From Acidimicrobiales bacterium (lineage in GTDB: Bacteria > Actinomycetota > Acidimicrobiia > Acidimicrobiales > SZUA-35), in assembly GCA_024644005.1 (NCBI GenBank), contig JAHELU010000004.1, forward strand, positions 1 to 51,011: DNA of 51,011 nucleotides, given 5' to 3'. Positions 34,809 to 44,648 of this stretch are shown here, in pieces; within the stretch, counting starts at the first letter, position 1, and each line of letters opens with the position of its first letter. The position numbers and the translations under genes are program-made. A model generated the notes under the pieces. It was not told the origin of the DNA. It made no database searches and saw only the letters and a list, made by a program, of their open reading frames with translations.

Positions 34809-35750
34809 TCAGGGAAGCCCGTTCGGACCCACGATCGGATCGATGTGCACATCGTCGTACTCGCCGGGCGGGGTGAGCATGGTGAGGCCGGTGCCGTCGG
34901 CGTCGACGTAGGCGAGGCGATGACCGCCGGTGCCGAACTCGAACCGCCGGAAGAACACCCCGCCCGTCTTCGGGTGCCACCGTCCCACGATGTTGACGTT
35001 GCCGTCCGATACGACGGTGGTCAGCTCGGCGTCCGCCAGCGAGTAGGCCCGCAGAGCCCACCGACCGACGAACCGGTGGTTGGGGTCGACGGCGGTCTCG
35101 AACAGGATCACTCTGCCGTCCGGCGACCAGGTCGGGCTCTGGTCCCGCAGCTCGTCGAAGGTGAGCCGGACCTCGTTCGATCCGTCGACGGCGGCCACGA
35201 ACACCTCGAGGTTCTCGACCTCGTCCTGGCGGCCCCGGTAGCCGCTCGGGTGGGCGACGTAGGTCAGTCGCCGGCCATCGGGGCTGAAGGACGGGTCCGA
35301 GGAACAGGCGGTCTGTGTCGGTGACCGGGTGGGGCGTGAAGTCCCGGCTGTCGGCCACCCAGATCCGGTACCGACCGTCGTCGGGATCGGTTGCGGCGAA
35401 CGTTATCTGCAGACCGTCCGGTGACCAGCTGGCCGGGCCCAGCCCGTCGAACGCATCGGCGGGTAGGCGCTCGACGAGCCCACTGCCGTCGAGTCGCATC
35501 GTCCACAACGACGCAGACGCCCAGTTGCTGTCCGGGCTGTCGAACATTCTGGAGCGAGCCGGAGCGGCCCGAGGCGAACAGGAACGCTGTATCGGCGGGG
35601 TGGTCGGTACCGAAGCGAGCGCTCTCGGCCCCCGACGCGGCCGTCCTCGGTGCCTCCGGTCGCCCACCGGATTCGGCCACCAGCCGTCCACCGCCCGTCC
35701 CGGTCGACCGGCCCGATCGGCGACGGGGTGCTCGGGCCCTGACCACCCGG
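34809..35750 (-). pseudogene. TolB-like (PD40) beta-propeller gene split over three frames; 5' end uncertain
   Basis: FLFASGRSGS (frame A), ASWSPDGLQITF (frame B), PSFSPDGRRLTY and PTWSPDGRVILF (frame C); frameshifts near 35549 and 35301. Confidence 0.7.
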
Positions 35751-35901
35751 CAATCGTAGTGGGGCGATCCCACCGGGCGAGCACGGTGCGCGGCCCGGAG
35801 AGAGCTTTCCCTGGTGACACGATCGGGGGATCGACCCGGCCGGCCTCGTCGATCTCGAGCCGCCAGCTCAGGTCCGACGATGGCCGGCCGATAACCGCGG
35901 T

Positions 35902-36084
35902 GTGACTGAAGATCGCTTCGGACCGAACACCGCCGTCGTGCCCCGCTACCGGCGGGTCGGGCTCCGCATGAGCTGCTGGGCTTGCGAGGTGGCCTGGACC
36001 GGCTCGGCCCACTCCCGCTGCTGGGTCTGTGACGGGCCCGGTGTGCCCGGGCCACCCCCGTCGATCTACCCCGACATCGACTAG
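35902..36084 (+). CDS. Small protein with two CxxC motifs (zinc-ribbon-like)
   Basis: CWACEVAW...CWVCDG in a 60-aa ORF (38 aa from the internal ATG) lying in an otherwise non-coding gap. Confidence 0.5.
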   Translation: MTEDRFGPNTAVVPRYRRVGLRMSCWACEVAWTGSAHSRCWVCDGPGVPGPPPSIYPDID

Positions 36085-36117
36085 AAGAGTCGTAGTCGGT
36101 CGTCACCCCTCCTGGGC

Positions 36118-36918
36118 TCAGGCGCGCTCGGGAACCCAGGGGGCGGGCTCCCGGTTGCGGAATGCGGCTATGCCGACCCTGGCTTCCTCGGACTCGAACA
36201 GTTGACGGGACCGGACGGCAGTCCAGTCGAACGCGGCCTGCCGATCCATCTGGGGCACCCGGTTGATCAGCTCCTTGGCCGCCGCCAAGGCCTGCGGGCC
36301 ACCACGAACCAGCATGTCGACGAAGCCGGCCACCGTGGCGTCGATCGCGTCGGGCTCGACGGCCCGGTTGATGAGGCCGACCTCGGCCGCCCGCTCCGGG
36401 CTGATCCGATCGCCGGTCAGGAACAGCTCAGAAGCGTCGGCCCTGGTCATCTTCGGTAGGCAGACCACCGAGATGACCGCCGGGGCCACGCCGATCCGCA
36501 CCTCGGTGAAGCCGATCTTGGCGTCGTTTCTCATCACCGAGATGTCGCATGCTGCCACCAGCCCGACCCCGCCGCCGGTGGCGTGCCCGTCGATCCGGCC
36601 GACCACAGGCTTCGGTGAGTCGAGGATCTGACCGAAGACGTCCACGAAGGTTCGGCGCTGTGTCGGCGCGTCCGAGTCGGCGATGCCGGGACTGCTCGAC
36701 TTGAGATCGGCTCCGGCGCAGAACGTGTTCCCGGCGTTCGTCAGCACGATGACCCTCGCATCGTCGTCGGCCATCGCCCGGTCGAGCATGGCACTCAGCG
36801 AACCGACGAGCTGGTCCGACAGGCTGTTCTTGCGCTCCGGCATGTTGAGGGTGATCGTTGCCACGCCGGCTCCGACCTCGTAGAGGATCGGGACGTCATC
36901 GTTGGGTTCAGTCGACAT
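36118..36918 (-). CDS. Enoyl-CoA hydratase/isomerase family (methylglutaconyl-CoA hydratase-like)
   Basis: ATITLNMPERKNSL, FCAGADL, GHATGGGVGLVAACD, FTEVRIGVAP. Confidence 0.92.
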   Translation of the reverse strand: MSTEPNDDVPILYEVGAGVATITLNMPERKNSLSDQLVGSLSAMLDRAMADDDARVIVLTNAGNTFCAGADLKSSSPGIADSDAPTQRRTFVDVFGQILDSPKPVVGRIDGHATGGGVGLVAACDISVMRNDAKIGFTEVRIGVAPAVISVVCLPKMTRADASELFLTGDRISPERAAEVGLINRAVEPDAIDATVAGFVDMLVRGGPQALAAAKELINRVPQMDRQAAFDWTAVRSRQLFESEEARVGIAAFRNREPAPWVPERA

Positions 36919-36990
36919 GGCCCCAAGCATTGCCCCGGCCGGCTGCAAGTGGCAAAGGGGACGTGCGGGTGGCGGGGTACATTCTGGATC

Positions 36991-37707
36991 ATGTCGGTCG
37001 CCAACAGCCTCACCGCCGAGGAGCTCAGAGTACTGGCCTGCTTGATCGAGAAGTCTCACACCACCCCCGACCAGTACCCCCTGTCGAGCAACGCCTTGAC
37101 GACGGCCTGCAACCAGAGGACGAGCAGGGACCCTGTGGTCGACTACTCGACCCAGCTCGTCGACCGGACCCTCCAGCTGCTGCGCGACGCCGGTTGGGCC
37201 AGGATGATCCGGGGCGCAGGGAACCGGGCCTTCAAGCACCGGCACATCGTCGACGAGAAGCTCGGTCTCGACTCGGCGCAACAGGCGCTGGTGGCCGTTC
37301 TGGCCCTGCGGGGCCCGCAGTCGCCCGGCGAGCTGAAGACCAGGACCGAGCGGTATCACCGGTTCGAGGATCTCGGCGAGGTCGAGCGGGCCCTGGTCGG
37401 CCTGTCCCACCACGAGCCACCGCTGACCAGGAATCAGGGCCGGGGGCCGGGCCAGAGCCAGGACCGTTGGATCCAGTTGCTCGGCCCGACCAGCGATCGA
37501 CCGGCCGCAGCAGCTCCGGCGACTGCGATCACCGAGACCGCTCAGTCGAGCCACGCCGCCGGGCCGCCGGCCGATCGGGTCGTCGACGGGGGGGCGGGCG
37601 GCGAGCGCCAGCCGTCGGAGCTCGAGCAGCGGGTGGCCCGCCTCGAGCGACGGCTGGCCGTGCTGGAACGGGAACTGGGCATCGCCGAGAACGGAGCCGG
37701 GGACTGA
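36991..37707 (+). CDS. YceH/DUF480 family protein
   Basis: RVLACLIEK..TTPDQYPLS.NAL..ACNQ..SRDPV, LRGPQSPGELKTRTER, C-terminal coiled coil. Confidence 0.88.
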   Translation: MSVANSLTAEELRVLACLIEKSHTTPDQYPLSSNALTTACNQRTSRDPVVDYSTQLVDRTLQLLRDAGWARMIRGAGNRAFKHRHIVDEKLGLDSAQQALVAVLALRGPQSPGELKTRTERYHRFEDLGEVERALVGLSHHEPPLTRNQGRGPGQSQDRWIQLLGPTSDRPAAAAPATAITETAQSSHAAGPPADRVVDGGAGGERQPSELEQRVARLERRLAVLERELGIAENGAGD

Positions 37708-37774
37708 GGACCGAGTGTCGGCTCGTCCCGGATGGGGCAATTCGTCGTCGGTTGTGGCCTACCATCCGTCCTGC

Positions 37775-38434
37775 ATGGCTGGAGTAGCTCTCATCGTCGC
37801 CGGTGGTGCCCGCCCCGATCCGCTCGAGATCAAGGCGTTGCCGGCGATCGACTTCTGCGTCGCAGCAGACAGCGGCGCCGACTCGGCCATCGCCGTGAAC
37901 CTGGCGGTCGACAGCATCGTCGGCGATCTCGACTCGATCTCGCCGACCACCCTGGCTGCGCTGCGAGACGCCGGTGCCGAGATCCGGGAGCATGCGGCCG
38001 AGAAGGACCAGACCGATCTCGAGCTGGCATTCGCCAGGGTCATGGAGGAGCAGCCCGATCGGGTCATCGTCATAGGCATCGGTGGCGGCAGGATCGACCA
38101 CGCCTTGGCCAACATCGCCGTGTTGGCGGCCCAGGGGAGGGGTGGAGTGATCGTCGACGGCCTGGTCGGCTCCGCCCGGCTGTCGGTCGTCCGGGGCACG
38201 AGATCGCTCGATGGCGCCCTCGGGGAGACGATATCCCTGCTGCCGGTGCTCGGGCGGGCCGACGGGGTGACCACCGAGGGGCTCAAGTACCCGCTCGCCG
38301 ACGAGCCGTTGGAGCCGGGCTCGGCCCGAGGGGTCAGCAACCGGTTCGTGGCGCCGTTGGCCACTGTCAGCGTGCAGCGCGGGGTGCTGTTGGCGGTGCA
38401 GCCGTTCGCCCTCTCCGAACGGAGCCGGGGGTGA
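37775..38434 (+). CDS. thiN: Thiamine pyrophosphokinase
   Basis: AADSG, VGDLDS, KDQTDLELA, GGRIDHALAN, GLKYPL, GVSN. Confidence 0.9.
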   Translation: MAGVALIVAGGARPDPLEIKALPAIDFCVAADSGADSAIAVNLAVDSIVGDLDSISPTTLAALRDAGAEIREHAAEKDQTDLELAFARVMEEQPDRVIVIGIGGGRIDHALANIAVLAAQGRGGVIVDGLVGSARLSVVRGTRSLDGALGETISLLPVLGRADGVTTEGLKYPLADEPLEPGSARGVSNRFVAPLATVSVQRGVLLAVQPFALSERSRG

Positions 38435-39939
38435 CCCCGATGGTCGAGCGGGTGACCCCGCGTCTGAGGCGAAGCTGGATTCAGCGCGCGATCATCCTGA
38501 TGAACCTGCTGCTCATCGCCGTCAGCCTCGGTGCAGCAGTGCTGCTCAACTACGGGTACGGGCGTGCGGCATCGATCAACAGGGTTGCGCTCGGTCGCAG
38601 CCTGACGCCGGTCCCCGACGACCTCGAACCGGGCGAGCGGGTGATGAACGTCCTGCTCGTCGGCTCGGACTCGTCGGCCACGTTGGACGAGGACGACCCG
38701 ATCCAGATCGGCCGCCGGGGAGAGCGGTTCGGGGACGTGATCATCGTGGCCCACATCGACGAGCGGGCGGGCGAGATCGCGCTGCTGTCGTTCCCGAGGG
38801 ACCTGTGGGTCGACATCGCCGGTACAGCACGACCGGGCAGGATCAATCGGGCGTTCGAGGTCGGGGGACCGGCCACCCTGATCGAGACCATCGAGAACGA
38901 GTTCGATGTCCCGATCCACCACTACATCAACGTCGACTTCGCCGGCTTCAAGGGCCTCGTCGCCGCAATCGGCTCGGTCGACGTGTACTTCGAGACCCCG
39001 GCCAGGGACTGGAACGTGAGCGCCAAGCCCGCCCCGAGGAGCCAGACCGGCTTCATCATGGCCGAGGCGGGCTGCCAGTCGCTCGATCCGGAGACCGCCC
39101 TGGCCTACGTGCGGTCCCGCTACTACCAGACCCAGAACGAGGCGGGCGAGTGGGTCACCGACCCGACGTCGGACCTCGGCAGGATCCGCCGACAGCAGGA
39201 CTTCCTCAGGCGGGTGATCCAGCAGGCCATCGACATGGGCGCCAGGAACCCGTTCGTGCTTCGTGACCTGATCGATGCCGGGCTCGAGAACGTGGCCATC
39301 GACCAGCGCCTCACCCCACAACTGCTCCTGGACATCGGCATGACCTACCGCTCGTTCGAGCCCGACCGGCTCCAGACGTACAGCTTCCCGGCCACCGACG
39401 GCCAGGTCGGCCGCAATCAGGTCCTGCTCCCGCTCGACGATGAGGCCGAGCCGGTACTGGCACTGTTCCGAGGGGCGTCCTTCGACGATCCGGCGACGGT
39501 GGACCTCACCGTCCAGATCGCCAGGGGCGATACGACCCGGAGCGCACCGGATCCGATCTCGACCCGCTTGGCGATGCTCCGAGCGGCCGGGTTCCGGTTC
39601 GAGCAGTCGACCAGATCCGGATCCGTCGAGGGCGTGGTCGTCCGGCACGGTCCCGACGGTCGCCATGCCGGTGAGCTGGTAGCCGCAGCCATCGCTCAGC
39701 CGGTGCTCCTCGAGCAGGTCGAGGAGCTCGTCGGGCGCTCGGTCACCGTGGTCATCGGCCCGCCGGCCCCGGCGGCCGCCGACGCTCCAGGCGACGTTAA
39801 CCGAACTGGAACGGACGCTCATCGGTCGGAGAGCGCGACGACCGAGCCGCCATCGGAATCCGAGATGGGCCAGATCGATGATCCTGCGCCTGTTCCAGAG
39901 GGCGCAGGGCTACAGTCGACCGCTGCTTCATGCGGCTAG
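38431..39939 (+). CDS. LCP (LytR-CpsA-Psr) family glycopolymer ligase with LytR_C-like C-terminus
   Basis: N-terminal TM; NVLLVGSD, LSFPRDLWV, RINRAF, VDFAGF, YVRSR, DLGRIRRQQ; start GTG 38431 (overlaps thiN stop) or ATG 38440. Confidence 0.9.
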   Translation: MTPMVERVTPRLRRSWIQRAIILMNLLLIAVSLGAAVLLNYGYGRAASINRVALGRSLTPVPDDLEPGERVMNVLLVGSDSSATLDEDDPIQIGRRGERFGDVIIVAHIDERAGEIALLSFPRDLWVDIAGTARPGRINRAFEVGGPATLIETIENEFDVPIHHYINVDFAGFKGLVAAIGSVDVYFETPARDWNVSAKPAPRSQTGFIMAEAGCQSLDPETALAYVRSRYYQTQNEAGEWVTDPTSDLGRIRRQQDFLRRVIQQAIDMGARNPFVLRDLIDAGLENVAIDQRLTPQLLLDIGMTYRSFEPDRLQTYSFPATDGQVGRNQVLLPLDDEAEPVLALFRGASFDDPATVDLTVQIARGDTTRSAPDPISTRLAMLRAAGFRFEQSTRSGSVEGVVVRHGPDGRHAGELVAAAIAQPVLLEQVEELVGRSVTVVIGPPAPAAADAPGDVNRTGTDAHRSESATTEPPSESEMGQIDDPAPVPEGAGLQSTAASCG

Positions 39940-40025
39940 CGCACGCAACCCGCAATCTTGCCCCTTCGGCGCCCGTGTACGTCGCGATACGGTCTGTCAT
40001 GTTGTCAACAATTTGAGGAGGATGC

Positions 40026-41321
40026 GTGGCCTCGATCGCGATCATAGGCACCGGTTACGTCGGGCTGACCACTGGCGCCTGCTTCTCCCATCTCGGTCAC
40101 GACGTCATCTGCGCCGATATCGACGAAGCCAAGGTGGCCCGGCTCCAGGCCGGCGATGTGCCGATCGTCGAGAAGGGACTCGACCGCTTGGTCGACGAGG
40201 GCATCCGGTCCGGGAAGCTCCACTTCGTCGTCGGCGCCGAATCGGCATCGAAGGAGGCCGAGTTCCACTACCTCTGTGTGCCCACCCCTCAGGGCGACGA
40301 CGGTGCCGCCGACCTCAGCTACCTCGAGACCGCAGCCTCCCAGATCAGCCACGTCCTGCCGAACAACAGCGTCGTGGTCAACAAGTCGACGGTGCCGGTC
40401 GGCTCCACCAGGGTGGTGGCCCGGGTGCTCGGCCGGTCCGACGTCGCGGTCGTGTCGAACCCGGAGTTCCTCCGCGAGGGCACCGCCGTTGCCGACTTCC
40501 TCCAGCCGGACCGAGTGGTCATCGGCTCCCGTGACCAGGAGGCCGCCATCCGGGTGGCCGCGCTGTACTCCCGCATCGCAGCCCCGATCATGGTCACCGA
40601 TCCCGTCTCGGCCGAGACCATCAAGTACGCGTCGAACGCGTTCCTGGCGTCCAAGCTCTCGTTCGTCAACGCCATCGCCACCCTCTGCGAGGCGGTCGGG
40701 GCCGACGTGAACGACGTCGTGCTCGGCATGGGCTATGACTCCCGGATCGGTCGGGAGTTCCTGCGGCCCGGTCCCGGGTGGGGCGGCAGCTGCTTCCCCA
40801 AGGACACGCGGGCGCTGGCCAAGATCGCCCAGGACGCTGGCTACGACTTCCGGTTCCTCAACGAGGTGCTCCAGGTCAACGCCGACCAGTTCGACCGGAC
40901 CGCCCAGAAGATCATCGACTCGGTCGACCCGGGGCTCGCCGACAACCACATCGCCGCGCTCGGCCTCACGTTCAAGGCCGGGACCGACGACCTCAGGGAC
41001 TCACCCGCCGTCGAGGTGCTCGAGCGGGTCGTCGGCGCCGGAATGCAGGTCAAGGCGTACGACCCGGCCGTCCTCGTCGACGACAACCGGCTGGCGATCG
41101 TTCATCCCGATCTCGACATCGAGGTGGTCTCCGACCCCTATGCCGCAGCAGAGGGAGCGGCCTCGCTCGTGATCCTCACCGAGTGGGACGAGTTCACCTG
41201 GCTCGACTTCGACAAGCTGCGGGAGATCATGATCGGCAAGAACATCGTCGACGCCAGGAACCTGCTCGATCCGTCCATCCCGAGACGGCGAGGGTTCAAC
41301 TATCGAGGCGTCGGGCGCTAG
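40026..41321 (+). CDS. ugd: UDP-glucose 6-dehydrogenase
   Basis: GAGGAGG RBS; GTGYVG, NKSTVPVG, SNPEFLREG, KYASNAFLA, GWGGSCFPKD, FKAGTDDLRDSP. Confidence 0.93.
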   Translation: MASIAIIGTGYVGLTTGACFSHLGHDVICADIDEAKVARLQAGDVPIVEKGLDRLVDEGIRSGKLHFVVGAESASKEAEFHYLCVPTPQGDDGAADLSYLETAASQISHVLPNNSVVVNKSTVPVGSTRVVARVLGRSDVAVVSNPEFLREGTAVADFLQPDRVVIGSRDQEAAIRVAALYSRIAAPIMVTDPVSAETIKYASNAFLASKLSFVNAIATLCEAVGADVNDVVLGMGYDSRIGREFLRPGPGWGGSCFPKDTRALAKIAQDAGYDFRFLNEVLQVNADQFDRTAQKIIDSVDPGLADNHIAALGLTFKAGTDDLRDSPAVEVLERVVGAGMQVKAYDPAVLVDDNRLAIVHPDLDIEVVSDPYAAAEGAASLVILTEWDEFTWLDFDKLREIMIGKNIVDARNLLDPSIPRRRGFNYRGVGR

Positions 41322-41324
41322 CTG

Positions 41325-42263
41325 GTGGCTCGGGTCGTCGTCACCGGTGGGGCTGGCTTCCTCGGGTCCCACCTCAGCGACCGGCTGCTGGCCCGCGGTG
41401 ACGAGGTCATTTGCCTCGACAACCTGGTCACCGGCTCCATGGCCAACATCGAGCACCTCTTCGGCGACGACCGGTTCTCGTTCACCCGCCACGACGTCTC
41501 GAACCACATCTGGGTTCCCGGTCCCGTCGATGTGGTGATGCACCTCGCCTCACCGGCCTCGCCGGTCGACTTCCAGCGCATATCAATCCCGATCCTCAAG
41601 GTCGGGGCCCTCGGCACCCACAACACGCTCGGTCTCGCCAAGGAGAAGGGGGCCAAGTTCTTCCTGGCGTCGACCAGCGAGGTGTACGGCGACCCGGAGG
41701 TTCATCCTCAGCCGGAGACATACTGGGGCAACGTGAACCCGATCGGTCCCCGAGGGGTGTACGACGAGGCGAAGCGGTTCGCCGAGGCGATGACCATGGC
41801 CTACCACCGCCATCACGGGCTCGACGTCCGCATCGTCAGGATCTTCAACACCTACGGGCCTCGGATGCGGCCAGACGACGGTCGGGTGGTGTCGAACTTC
41901 GTGACCCAGGCGCTGCGGGGCCTGCCGCTAACCGTCTACGGCGACGGCTCGCAGTCGAGGAGCTTCTGCTACGTCGACGATCAGATCGCAGGTCAGCTGG
42001 CGCTGCTCGACAGCGACCACAGCGGCCCGATCAACATCGGCAACGACCAGGAGTACACGATGCTGGAGCTGGCCAACGTGGTGATCCGGGTGACGGGGAG
42101 CAGCAGCGAGATCGCCTTCGAGCCGTTGCCGACGGACGATCCGACCCGTCGCCGGCCGGATCTGACCGAAGCCTCGACGAAGCTGTCGTGGAAGCCGCTG
42201 ATCGACCTCGAGACCGGCTTGGCCCGTACGGCCGACCACTTCGCCTCGGTGATCGGGCTGTAG
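41325..42263 (+). CDS. UDP-glucuronate decarboxylase (UDP-xylose synthase) family extended SDR
   Basis: [72 protein letters not shown]. Confidence 0.9.
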   Translation: MARVVVTGGAGFLGSHLSDRLLARGDEVICLDNLVTGSMANIEHLFGDDRFSFTRHDVSNHIWVPGPVDVVMHLASPASPVDFQRISIPILKVGALGTHNTLGLAKEKGAKFFLASTSEVYGDPEVHPQPETYWGNVNPIGPRGVYDEAKRFAEAMTMAYHRHHGLDVRIVRIFNTYGPRMRPDDGRVVSNFVTQALRGLPLTVYGDGSQSRSFCYVDDQIAGQLALLDSDHSGPINIGNDQEYTMLELANVVIRVTGSSSEIAFEPLPTDDPTRRRPDLTEASTKLSWKPLIDLETGLARTADHFASVIGL

Positions 42264-42330
42264 CCGGCCGAGCCGCCCGGCCGGGGCCGCCGGGCCGCCT
42301 AGACGAAAGCCGCGCTCCGATCGGCGAACG

Positions 42331-43452
42331 ATGACACAATCGGGCCCAGTGAAGCCGCAGGTCCTCGCCATCGTCGAGCAGTTCTGGCACCGGATGCCCG
42401 GTGGGACCGCAACCGCCACAGAGCACACCCTCTCGGCCCTGGTCGAGCTGAACGACTACCACGTCATCGGGCTGGCGGCTCGACACGCACCGCCGGGGCG
42501 CCACGGACCGGCCCCCTGGCGGCGGATGCCGACCGGCTCCACGCTGCGGTTCCACTGGCTGCCCCGTCCGGCGCTCTACGAGGCCTGGCTGCGGCTGGGC
42601 CGGCCCTCGATCGACGGGTACTGCAATGACGGGGCAGTGGTCTGGGCCTCCAGCCTGATCGTGCCGCCGACGACGTTGCCGGTGGTGGCCACCGTCCACG
42701 ATCTGGACTTCCTGGCCAACCCCGGCTCCTCCACCTCCCGGGGTCGACGCTTCTTCCCGCTGGTGTGGCGGCGGGCGACGGAACGGGCCCAGCTGTTCGT
42801 CTGCCCCAGCCAGGTGGTCGCAGACGACTGCGTCCGCCGCGGGATCGCGGCCGATCGGGTCCTCGTGATCCCCTGGGGTGTCGCCCCGCCGCGGTGCAGC
42901 CGGGCCGAGGCGGCGGCGAAGCTGACCGAGCTCGGGCTGTCCGAGGACTACGTGCTGTGGGTCGGTCCGCTCATCCCGCGCAAGAACCCGAAGGGGGCGG
43001 CACTGGCGATGGGTCGGATCGACGCCGAGATCGTGGTCGTCGGTGCCGGAGCAGACGATCCGCAGGCGGCGGTTGCGTTCGCGTCGCTCGGCAGCCGGGT
43101 CCGCCGGTTCGATGCGGTCGACGACGAGACGTTGAGCGCCCTCTACCGGGGCGCCTCGGCCCTGCTGTACCCGTCGTTCGCCGAGGGGTTCGGATTACCG
43201 GTGCTGGAGGCCATGGCCCACGGCACGCCCGTCGTCACCTCCGTCGGGACGGCCACCGCGGAGGTCGCCGGGGGCGCCGCCCTGCTGGTCGACCCGACGA
43301 GCCCCGAGCACATCGCCGAGGGGTTGCGGACGGCCCTGTTCGACCGGGCCGCTCGCCGGCAGCTGATCGACGACGGCCTCAGCCGGGCCGGTGAGCTGTC
43401 GTGGGACAACACCGCAAAGGGCTACGCCGAGGCGTTCCGGACCGTCCGATGA
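42331..43452 (+). CDS. Glycosyltransferase family 4 (GT-B)
   Basis: TVHDL, PRKN, YPSFAEGFGLPVLEAMAHGTPVV. Confidence 0.9.
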   Translation: MTQSGPVKPQVLAIVEQFWHRMPGGTATATEHTLSALVELNDYHVIGLAARHAPPGRHGPAPWRRMPTGSTLRFHWLPRPALYEAWLRLGRPSIDGYCNDGAVVWASSLIVPPTTLPVVATVHDLDFLANPGSSTSRGRRFFPLVWRRATERAQLFVCPSQVVADDCVRRGIAADRVLVIPWGVAPPRCSRAEAAAKLTELGLSEDYVLWVGPLIPRKNPKGAALAMGRIDAEIVVVGAGADDPQAAVAFASLGSRVRRFDAVDDETLSALYRGASALLYPSFAEGFGLPVLEAMAHGTPVVTSVGTATAEVAGGAALLVDPTSPEHIAEGLRTALFDRAARRQLIDDGLSRAGELSWDNTAKGYAEAFRTVR

Positions 43453-44612
43453 CCCGCCGCTCGCCGTTCGTGGTCGGGGTCAACCTCACGTGGCTGGTCC
43501 CCGGCGTGGTCGGGGGCTCCGAGGAGTACACGCTCAGGCTGCTCCTCGCGGTGCCGTCGCTACTGCCAGACCACCTCCGCCTGCGGATCTACGGGCGACC
43601 GGACCTGCTGGACGCCTACCCTGACCTCGCCGGCGGAGCGGAGTACGTGACCACTCCACCGGTGCGCTCCAAGGCGGCCAGGATCGCCCTCGAGCACAGC
43701 TGGCTGGCCCACCGGAGCCGGAACGACGACGTCGTCCACCACGCCGGTGGCACGGTGCCATACGTCCGGGCCAAGCCCACCGTCGTCACCGTTCACGACC
43801 CCCAACCGCTCGATCATCCGGAGAACTTCGATCCGGTGAAGCGGCGGTGGCTGGCGCTGGCGCTGCCGCACTCGGTCAGGGTGGCACGCCTGGTGCTGTG
43901 TCCCAGCCGCTACACCGCCGACCGGCTCCGGCAGCTGCTGGCGGTCCCGGAGCACCGCGTCCGCGTGGTACCCCACGGGCACCGGGTCGCCGGCGGCCCA
44001 GCCGGCGATGCGCCGTCGTGGTCGAGCCGGGTGGCCGGAGCGTCCATCGAGCCGGAGCGGTTCGGCCGCTACCTGCTGTACCCGGCCATCGCCTACCCCC
44101 ACAAGCGACACTGCGACGCAGTTCGACTCCTGGCCGGTCTCGGTCCCGACCTGGACGATGTGCAGGTGGTGTTCACCGGCCGACCCGGTCCCGAATCGGG
44201 TGCCATCCACGCCGAGGCGGCCCGGCTGGGGGTTGCCGACCGGGTCCACCACCTCGGCCGGGTACCGGCCCCGGACCTCGAGGACCTGTACCGGTCGGCG
44301 GCCGCCCTCGTCTTTCCCTCGGCCTACGAGGGGTTCGGGAATCCGGCCCTCGAGGCGATGAGCCTCGGCTGCCCCGCAGTGGTCAGCGATGCCGGCGCCC
44401 TCCCGGAGGTGGTCGGCGACGCAGGCCTCGTCGTCCCGGTCGGTGACGTCGCCGCGCTGGCCGAGGCCACCCGGTCGGTGCTGGTCGACCGTCGGTTGGC
44501 CGACGAGCTCCGAGCCAAGGGCCGGGCCAGGGCCCGCTGTTTCGACGTCGGTATCGCCGCCGCCCGGCTGGCAGACGTCTATGGTGAGCTGGCCAGCACC
44601 CGGCGGGCGTGA
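43449..44612 (+). CDS. Glycosyltransferase family 4 (GT-B)
   Basis: GGSEEY, TVHD, YPHK, FPSAYEGFGNPALEAMSLG; ATGA overlap with the previous gene. Confidence 0.9.
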   Translation: MTRRSPFVVGVNLTWLVPGVVGGSEEYTLRLLLAVPSLLPDHLRLRIYGRPDLLDAYPDLAGGAEYVTTPPVRSKAARIALEHSWLAHRSRNDDVVHHAGGTVPYVRAKPTVVTVHDPQPLDHPENFDPVKRRWLALALPHSVRVARLVLCPSRYTADRLRQLLAVPEHRVRVVPHGHRVAGGPAGDAPSWSSRVAGASIEPERFGRYLLYPAIAYPHKRHCDAVRLLAGLGPDLDDVQVVFTGRPGPESGAIHAEAARLGVADRVHHLGRVPAPDLEDLYRSAAALVFPSAYEGFGNPALEAMSLGCPAVVSDAGALPEVVGDAGLVVPVGDVAALAEATRSVLVDRRLADELRAKGRARARCFDVGIAAARLADVYGELASTRRA

Positions 44613-44648
44613 CCCGCCGCTCCCTGTCGCCGGATGTCGGTCGCCGCC

